Source: an uncultured Clostridia bacterium
Lineage (GTDB): Bacteria; Bacillota; Clostridia; TANB77; CAG-508
DNA length: 64,000 nucleotides
Direction: 5' to 3'
Assembly: GCA_944389745.1 (NCBI GenBank)
Contig: CALXNM010000002.1
Span: forward strand, 27,389-91,388
In this document: one piece after another, positions 10,020 to 19,300 of the stretch
Position numbering within the stretch: position 1 is the first letter of the stretch
Layout of the letters: each line of letters starts with the position of its first letter
Position numbers and translations under genes: made by a program
The notes under the pieces: generated by a model
What the model saw: the letters and a program-made list of their open reading frames with translations, nothing else
What the model was told of the DNA's origin: nothing
Databases searched by the model: none

Positions 10020-10102
10020 GTACATTATTAAATAACGGATTCTTCGCAAGAAGAATCCTATTAAGCATGCTTAAAATAAATATATATAGCAAAGGTAAAG
10101 CA

Positions 10103-10169
10103 GGGATAGACTGTATTATTGTAAATGTTTGTAAGAAAAACATTTATGGTGATATGGTCTATCCTTTTT
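10103..10169 (+). terminator. Leader terminator-like hairpin plus U-tract (attenuator candidate), about 150 nt upstream of the start codon
   Basis: Outer stem gggatagac/gtctatcc and inner stem taaatgttt/aaacattta, then TTTTT. It is conserved in all four leaders with compensatory changes (see findings). Confidence 0.55.
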
Positions 10170-10316
10170 GTGTGTGAAAAAAAGTTTTATACACATCAAG
10201 TTGAAAGTGAGAAGACTTTAAATTGCAATAATATCGGCAACAACGATAAATATAAATTGAAATTCTAAAAACGAATGTAAGCAAAAATAATCAAAAGCAG
10301 AAAGGAAAGATGTGAA

Positions 10317-13300
10317 GTGAAAAAGAGAGAAGTTAGAAATAATGAGGCAAAGCAAAATAGAAAAATGCATAGAAGAAAAAATTTAGATAAAAGCCTAAAC
10401 AAAAATAAAACTAATAGAATAAACACAAAGAATCTACCAACTTTTATATTGATAGGTTTACTTCTAATGTTAATTATAATTGCAATAATTTACTATGTAT
10501 TCCTAAGATATGCCCCAGAAATGATAATTACATATAGTGGTTATGCCGTAGAAGGAAAAACAATGGTAGAGAACCTAAAAAATAGTGATTTAAGTAATGT
10601 GAACCCATACTTGGGTTTAGTTGAAGTGCATGAAAACGACCTACTATATAAAAGGATAAATTCATATTACATAGGCGAAGATGACAAAAAAGAAATAGAT
10701 ATAAATTATCCAATATACATTAACGAGGGGAATGCTTTACTAAACATCGGACAAAATACTAGGTTAATAACTGTAAATTACGAAGAAGTAGAAGGATATC
10801 CAGACTTCATGATGGCAGATGGAGTAATGTATAACGGAGCTGATATAACAAGAGCAGATGGAAACAAGTACATATTCTTAAAGAGCGAAGACGAAATTTA
10901 TACAAATGTAGGAAAGATAAATATAAGTACAGGATTAAATGAGTATGAGATTAAAGAATTCAGTAATATATATTTTACAGAGGATTATATAGCATACTAT
11001 GAGATGGAAGACGGAACTAATGCCAGCGACGGTAATGATGAAAATTCAGGTAATGCACAAAATAGAACAAATAATGTGCAAAATTGGTACATGCAATACA
11101 AGAGAATAAATGATATAGATATGAAGTCTAAGATAGAAGTTAATAATGAAACTATGTCCTACAAAACATTCTTAGAAAGATTAGGAATTATTCAATCAGA
11201 AGAAAACAATAACAGCAATGAAATTGTAAATGAAACGAACGAAATAGATGAAACAGCTGAAAACAATGTTGAAGAAGACAACATAACACATCAAGAAAAT
11301 AATTCAAATAAAAACAAAGTAGAAACAAATAAGCCAGATGAACAAAAATGGCAAGAAGGACAATGGGAAAAACCAACAGTAAGCTGTACAGATTTTGAAA
11401 GTGGAGTATACACAATAAGTACCAACCTTTCAGTAACAGATAAAGCAGGAGCAATTTCAAGAGGAGTAATATTTGAAATATACTTAGATGGAAGATTAAA
11501 TAGAAGAGCACTAGCAATACAAACTGGAAACATAGAGATAACAAACTTACAACCAGATACAGAATTTGAAATAAGAGGAATATTCTATTACTATGATGAA
11601 GAAGGAGTAGAACAGGAAGAAGAATTTTACATAGGAACAGTAAAAACAAAACCAATAAGTGCATTAGGAACAATAGACTTTAGTTTCCAAAATGGAGAAA
11701 TATACTCAAATAAAATAGAATTAATACACCTAAAATTAAACAATGACTTAAATGAAGAAGTAATAAAAGGAATATCAAGAATACAAGTAGAGATAGGAGA
11801 TGTAGCATATAGATTAACAAACGACCAAATAGACAAATTAAAAGCAGGGGAAGAAATAACATATCAAACAAGTGAAAGCTTAACATCAAATAGCAAGATA
11901 AAATACAAAATAACAGCATTTGATAGATTCGGAAATGAACTAAAAGCAATAAATAATGAAGGAGAAACAATAACATCAAAACAATCACCAAGAGTAAGCA
12001 TTACAGCAACAAAACAAGATGTAACAGAAGTAATACTTAATGTGACATTAAACAATAAAGATAACGTAAGTTTGGAAAACTATAGATATGAAATAACAAA
12101 CCAAAGTGGAGATATAGTAAAACAAGGAATATTAGGAAACAATGGAACAGCAAATGATGGAAGTAAAGAAACATTAACATTTAATGACTTAGACCCAAAT
12201 GGATATTATCAAATAATAATCTATGGTGATTACGACCTAGATAATGGAGAAGGTATGCAACAAAATGCAGAACTAGGAAGAGCAAGTTTTGTAACAAGAC
12301 CACTAGCTTCACTAGGATATATGCAAGTACATATAGATGATAAAGAAGTAACACAAGACAGTATGAATTTAGGCATAAGTATAGATGAAAACCAAACAGA
12401 TGCAAGATTGCTTGCTATATTAGATAAGGTAGAAGTAGTTATTTACGACCAAGGTAAGAATGTGGCTGATAATGGTGGAAACAATGATAGCGAAAACGAC
12501 GGTAGCAATGGTAATAACGATGGAAATGCTGACAATGAAGAAAGCACAGGTAGCAGCGATAATGGTGACAACCAAAGTGGCAACAGTGATTCCGAAAATA
12601 ATAACAGCATAACCACAGAAACCGAAGTAAAAAGAATAACATTCACAGAAGAACAAGTACAAGCATTAAAAATAGCCGAAGAAGTAGAATTAAATCTAGA
12701 CCAACTAAATTCAAACACAATATATAGAATAGATGTAATAACTACAGTAAAACAAGGAACTGTAGAAACAGTAGTTGAAGACAAACAAAACTTAGAAGAA
12801 TTAATAACACTAAAAATGCCAGCAGAAGTACAAGTAAGAAACCAATTTGTAATAGGTACTATGATAGATTTAGACATAAGAATAGAAGATATAGATAATG
12901 CAGTATTAACGGACCAAGTAAGAATTGAGGTAAGAGATAAAGACAATAAATTAATAGACTTAAGCGAAATGTCAACAAATGCAGACTATGAAAGAAAAAC
13001 ATACGAAGACCTAACACCAAACGAAACATACAAAATAATAGTATATGCTCCACAGTATAACATAGGAAGTACAGATGCAACGTATAAAGCAGATTATATC
13101 TTAAAGAAAATAGAAATTGTGACAGAAACAGGAATAAGTGGTAACATAGACTTAATAGGATTAGAAAAAACACCAACAGGAAAGAACTTGATAGATATGT
13201 CATCAAAAGTAAATTGGTATGAATATTGTTTTTTAAACTGGGAAAATCCATACGGCATTAGTTATGATGAAGATACGAAAATACTTACAATAGGAGGTTC

Positions 13301-16300
13301 GGTAGGAAATTTAAATAGAGCCTATTATAATTTAGTGGAATACTTAGGACAAGAAGTAACCATTAGTTTTAGGATAAAAAGTGAAGAAGATACACCATTA
13401 TATATAGTTGAAAAGGATAATGATGATTCGGAAAATACTGCATATACTATATATCAAACAATAACAGATTTATCAACCGAGTGGCAAGAATATAGTTATA
13501 CAGTTACCTTAAGTAAAAGTGGATATATTGGATTTATTGTTGCCAACTATTCGAAAGTGCAAATTGAAGATCTACAAATTGAATTAGGAAATAAAAAAAC
13601 AGATTACGAAAAATTTCAATACGATTACAACGCGAACGTTGGTATAACAGTAAATGATGAAAGAAATGAAATAACAACGAACGATTATTACGTAAGAATA
13701 TACAAAAACGACGAGCAAATTCAAGAAATTCGTTATGAAGAACTTGGAGAAGATAATGAAGTAGAAAATGTACAAAAAACATACAATATCGAACCTGATG
13801 CAAACTATAGGATAGAACTACTTGTAAAAATATCAGATAGATATTATGAACTAGACTCACAAGAATTTTCAACAGAAGATTCGAAAGAGATAAAAGGAAT
13901 AATAAATAAAAATGATTTCTTAAAAATACAACCGTATGGTGAATATATTGTGTTAAATGACATAGATTTATCAAGTAATAGTACTGACCAATATCGATTT
14001 GGAAATGGAGATTTGCCATTTGAAGGAAAAATTAATTTTAATGGAAACACTTTGCAAAGAAATGTAGAAAGTTCAAGAAGTTCGATATTTCATGTATTAG
14101 GAAACGATGCAATATTAGAAAACTTAGTATTTGACATAAAAATGAATAATGAAATTGCTGTGTCTATGAGTGGACTTGTAAATACTAATAGGGGGACAAT
14201 AAGAAATATACAAATCAATTTGTTAGAATCTACGGAAAAACAAAATTTTGATGTTTTTTTAATAACGAATTCGAATTACGGCTTGATTGAGAACTTTGTA
14301 GTTAATCTTGACGTACCACTTTATGTCTATAGAGGAGCTGGGGTTACGTACTCAAATAATGGAATTATCAGAAATGGGTATTTATATGGAGAGAATATCA
14401 AACTGCTTAGTTCAGAAAATATTACTAGTGATGTGGGAGGTGTAACCAGATATAATAACGGAAATGCGGTAATAGAAAATGTATATACTTTGGTAACTAT
14501 TGATTCTGTATACAATAATCAAACAAAAGGAAATATTACTGTTGTTAACCAAAACAATGCAACTGTTCAAAATGTATATTCAGTGGGAATTGGCGAAAAT
14601 ACTAACTTAACCAGAGGACCAAATGTATATTTAAAAACATCAAAAAAAGTATACAATAATTATTATTTCGCAGATGAAATATTTACTAGCGAATTAGAAA
14701 CAAAAGGAAATAAATTATCGTTATGGGACGCACAATTTCAAAATCAATTAATAAATGGTGATGGGGCGTACACTGTAGATGAACTTGTAAATCAAGGGTA
14801 CTATCCTCATTTAAATATGCCAGATGTAATGCCGGCACAAGAGTATATAGAGTTACCGGAAGTAGAAGACGCTGATTTACCTGATATATTATCCACAAAA
14901 GTTTTAGAACAAGGAACTGATATGGTAAAAGTACAGTTTAGTGTTAATAACCCCTCTTCTGCACAAATTAATGATATACAAATAGAAAATTTAGATGTGG
15001 AAATCTTATCACAAGAATATAGTAGTGGAAAAAACACAGTAATAGCAGAACTAAAAAATCCAGTAATATGTGTATCAAGCTATGATGTACTAAGTATAAG
15101 TACAATAGGAGCATTTGGAAGCTCATATAAAAGACCATATGAAGAAGGAGAAAGAACAATAAATGTTGACTTATATAAGGAAATATGGAGCGTAAATGAC
15201 TGGAAAGCAATAAAAGATTCACCAACAGAAAATTATATGTTAATGGAAGACCTAGATTTTATAAATGAAGGAAACACAGTATCTTTAGGAACAATAAATG
15301 GAATATTAAATGGAAATGGACACAGTGTATCTAATATATATTTAACAAGCGATACCCATATCATAACAAACCTATATGGAACATTAGAGAACTTATTTAT
15401 TAACAATTTCAACCAAGATGGAAACTATGGTGGGGGCTTGGTGGGGGATGCTCTTATTGGTTCTGTAGTTGACAATGTTCATATGAGGAACGTGAGTATT
15501 GTGAAAACAGAAAGTAGCAGTGTCGGAGGACTGTTGGGACACGCAAATTATAGTGACATAAAAAATTGTTCATTAAATGATATTCAAATAGAAACAAAAG
15601 GAAATGTGAGTAACATTTTTATAGGAGGGATGGTTGGTCAGATTGATTACACTTCTATGGAAAACTGCTATGTGAGAGGATTACAGGTAAAAGATGCTAA
15701 AGGTGTGGATGCTGGAATTGGTGGAGTAGTAGGTTATGGTTCTGGAACAAATGATATAAAAGATTGTTATGCAGAAGGAACAATAACTTCGGTTAATATA
15801 AATGTAGGTGGGATTATTGGACAATTATATTCTGGAGAAATAAAAAATTGCTATTCAAAAGTAAAAATTTCAACAACAAATAGCAATGTTGGAGGAATAG
15901 TGGGAATTTTCTCTGGAAGTGATGTAAACACTATATCTAACAATTTGAGTATTGGTACTATATATACAACTTCAGGATTAAGTACTTTAAATAGAATAAT
16001 AGGAAATAGTGAAGATACAGTTGATAGTAATTATGCATATGAAAATCAATTGTTAAATGGATATGTGAATAGAGATAGTAAAGGAGCTATACTATTAAGT
16101 GTAGAAGAAATCTCAGAATTAGAACTAGGAGATAGTTATAATTCTGATAAAGAGAAAAATGGAGTTTTACCAAAATTATACAACACAGAAGGAACAGAAT
16201 TATTACCAAATCAAGAAGCTATCTATGTAGATGATAATATATCAAATAGTGGGGCAAACTTAGTAGTAGAAAGTATAGAGGCAATAAAGCCAAATAGTTC

Positions 16301-19300
16301 AGAAGCAGAAATATCAGTAAGAATAATTAATCCGGAAGAAGTAGAAATAACAGAAATAGAGATAGAAGATATGTTAAGCTCAGTAACAAGAAATGTAACA
16401 CAAAATGGAATAACAAGTATAACAGTACGTGCTACACCAACAAGATATTATGATAGCTATAAGCTGACTGGTATAAAATACAAAGTGGATACTTTAGAAG
16501 AAGAACAATCAAAAGAAGTAGAAAACGAAATACAGGTGCAATTCTATAAGGAAATATATACATATGAAGATTGGCAAAGCATAGAAGCAGATACTTATCA
16601 GAATTATAGATTAATGGCTGACATAGACTTTACAGGTAAAACAAATATAAAAAATAATATAAATGTAAATAGACTAGAAGCAGAGAACAATTTGTATACA
16701 CTAAAAAATATAGAATTAGAGTTTAACGAACAAAATACAGGATTAATAAATAATGTGAAAACAAGTATTAAAAATATTGGATTTGAAAATATAACATTAA
16801 CTAACTCAGTTAATTCAGGAAATTATTTTGGATTGATTGCGACTAACACAGGAGATTCTGTAAACTTAAAATTTACAAAAGTAAAAATTTATGGTTATGG
16901 AATAGATTATGTGGGAATTATTGGTGGAACAATCTCGGGCTATATAAGAGATATTGAAATTAAAGAAATTGAAATTTATGGAAATAATTATACAGGTGGC
17001 TTAGTTGGATATATGGACGTAAATGAGTATGAAGAAGTAGATAATATTATAGGCAATCATATTACTGTACAAAGTTCTGGAAACTTTGCAGGTGGGATAT
17101 TTGGCAGGCAAGATTCTAATGTTTCATTAGAAACCACTGTTCAAACCAACAATTTGGAAATAAATAATTCAAATATTACAGGAAAAGATTATGTGGGGGG
17201 GCTATTTGGTTATGTGCAATATGGAAGTTTAAAAAACTTGGAAACGAACAAAACAAACATTTCTGGAAGTTCGTATGTAGGAGGAATATCGGGATATTTC
17301 AATTCAACAGATGGAAATTATTATAGGTATTATTTTCAAATCAATTCATCAACCATAAATGGAAGTGGATATTACATAGGCGGGATAACAGGATTTATGA
17401 ATCATGGAGAAACAAAGTATTTAGTTGTAAGTGGTTCTACAATAAATGCTCCTTCAGTAAGTTCACAATACATTGGCGGAATTACCGGTGGTTTTTTATG
17501 GGAGCATATGTGTGATATTCAAGTAGTTAATACTATAATAAGTAGTAATGGAATTAACGTAGGCGGAATTGGAAATGTTATTGGTGATGGCTCCGGTGGA
17601 GTATATTATGGATATGTTGATAATACTACTATTCAAGGAAATTATAATGTTGGTGGTGTGATGGGAAAAACAAAGTATAGTTATACCAGTCATATATATA
17701 TAAATGCTGACATAAAAGCAAATTCATCAGCAGCAGGAGGTGTAGTAGGTTTTTTGTCTAATGCTAATATGACTTCGCTATATGATGTCATTCGTGTTGA
17801 TGATACAATGGTATTGAATAGTTCTATATCATCTCCGACAAATGCAGGAGGCTTGATTGGCGATATAGCAAAAGAAATTTATAGAGACCAATCGTTCTAT
17901 TACAACAATTACATTGATGCAGATGTGACAAGCGAAAATACTTCAACAGGGTCACTAATAATAGGAGGAAGACCAGACGAAAACACATATATAGAAAATA
18001 CATATGTGTATAGATATAGTAGTTTAAATGGAAATTACGTATATGCAACAAATGATAATATTGAAGATGACCAATATTTAGTAAGAAGTGATTTAGATGT
18101 TCAAAGTACATTTTCTAGTACGATTGGATTAGGAACAACATACTGGAGCTATGAGTCATTAGCAGAAGGAAAATATCCAAAAATAAAAGATAGTTATTTA
18201 TACCACCCAGAATTACAAACTGGTGTGGACCTACCAACAGATCCAGAAATTTCATCAATAAACGCACTAAGTGTTGGAGATGAAATTAGCGAAGATAGTG
18301 CTAATGAGATAGGACCTAGCACAAACAATATAGCAGATAAAAATGGAATATCAACGCAAAGTGTAGAATCATTACCAAGTTATAAAGTGTATCCAACAAA
18401 GGTAAATGAAATAAACATAGACTTTAGCAATATGCCAGAAGGAGTAAGTTTCACGTACTACGTAAATGGTGATGAAAAAGAGACTAATGAATTAACTAAG
18501 AGAACATATACATTTAAATACAACTATCGAGACACATTAGAAATTAAACTAACAAATGACACAGACGAAGAAACAATCACAATAACACCAGACGATGTAA
18601 GAAGTGAAGCAAGCTTGGCAGGTAGCAACAACGTATACTTATTAGGTACAAACTTATACATTAATGGAGAATTACAACAAGGAGAATATGTAAATGTATA
18701 TGGTAGTTATGCACTAAATAGTAGTGGACAAATCTTGGATATAGAAACAAAGCAATTAACAAGCACAAATACTACAAATGAAACAAGTGAAAACTCAGGA
18801 ATAAATGCAACTAAAGCAAATGACTCAGCTAGTGATATAGCAACATCAAACGATGAACTTGAAGTGATTACAACCTCATTAAAACAAACAACAACACCAC
18901 TTCACACATATGCTTATAAAGGAAACAACATAGAAGTTTATGGAACATATAGCACAGTAGATGGCAATGTAAAATCACAAATATATAATGTAAGAAACGG
19001 ACAACTTTCTGCAATATCAAACAATGTAGATATGAAAATTGAAAACAGTATAATAGATAACTACAACGATAAAGAGTATCAAACAATATTAAATACTTCA
19101 GGAAAATTAGTTGATTTAAAAGAACAACTACAATATCCAAATAACTTCTTAAGTAACAATATAAAGCAAATAGTACAAAATACAGATGCAGAAAAAACAG
19201 AAATGCTAGTATTGTATAACACAGGCAAAGTAATTGTATTTAATTATGTAACAGGAAATGTAGTATATGAAAACGACGAAAAAGCGGATTCAGGCTTAGT

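Larger units (their letters stand above)
9897..10316 (+). promoter_or_regulatory. Conserved structured 5' leader of paralog 2. It contains the (AG)n SSR, a GNRA hairpin, a GCATGC palindrome and a terminator-like hairpin.
   Basis: The conserved core (about 220 nt, from just upstream of the SSR to the U-tract) is about 85-90% conserved across the four copies. The copies start near 9897, 21893, 32386 and 43830 and run to the GTG starts. The stretch between the U-tract and the start codon is about 100 nt longer in copies 2 and 5. Confidence 0.6.

Noticed and set aside
9988-10035. Leader peptide starting at the ATG of ccgcATGgctct and reading through the (AG)n tract
   Set aside because: It has no Shine-Dalgarno sequence. 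In all four copies the frame set by the current AG length ends within 15-16 codons (MALERERERER..*). A longer frame through the hairpins would need (AG)10 or (AG)13, which no copy has. It is worth remembering only because the SSR length would set its frame.
10037-10169. Assignment of the leader to a known riboswitch class, for example c-di-GMP-I or c-di-GMP-II, as found upstream of C. difficile adhesins
   Set aside because: There are two hairpins, one with a GNRA loop. Their spacing of about 45 nt and their sequences do not match the GEMM consensus as I recall it. I cannot make the call without a covariance-model search.
9897-10316. CwpV-like invertible DNA switch in the leader
   Set aside because: I found no pair of inverted repeats flanking a leader segment. 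No site-specific recombinase gene is present in the window.
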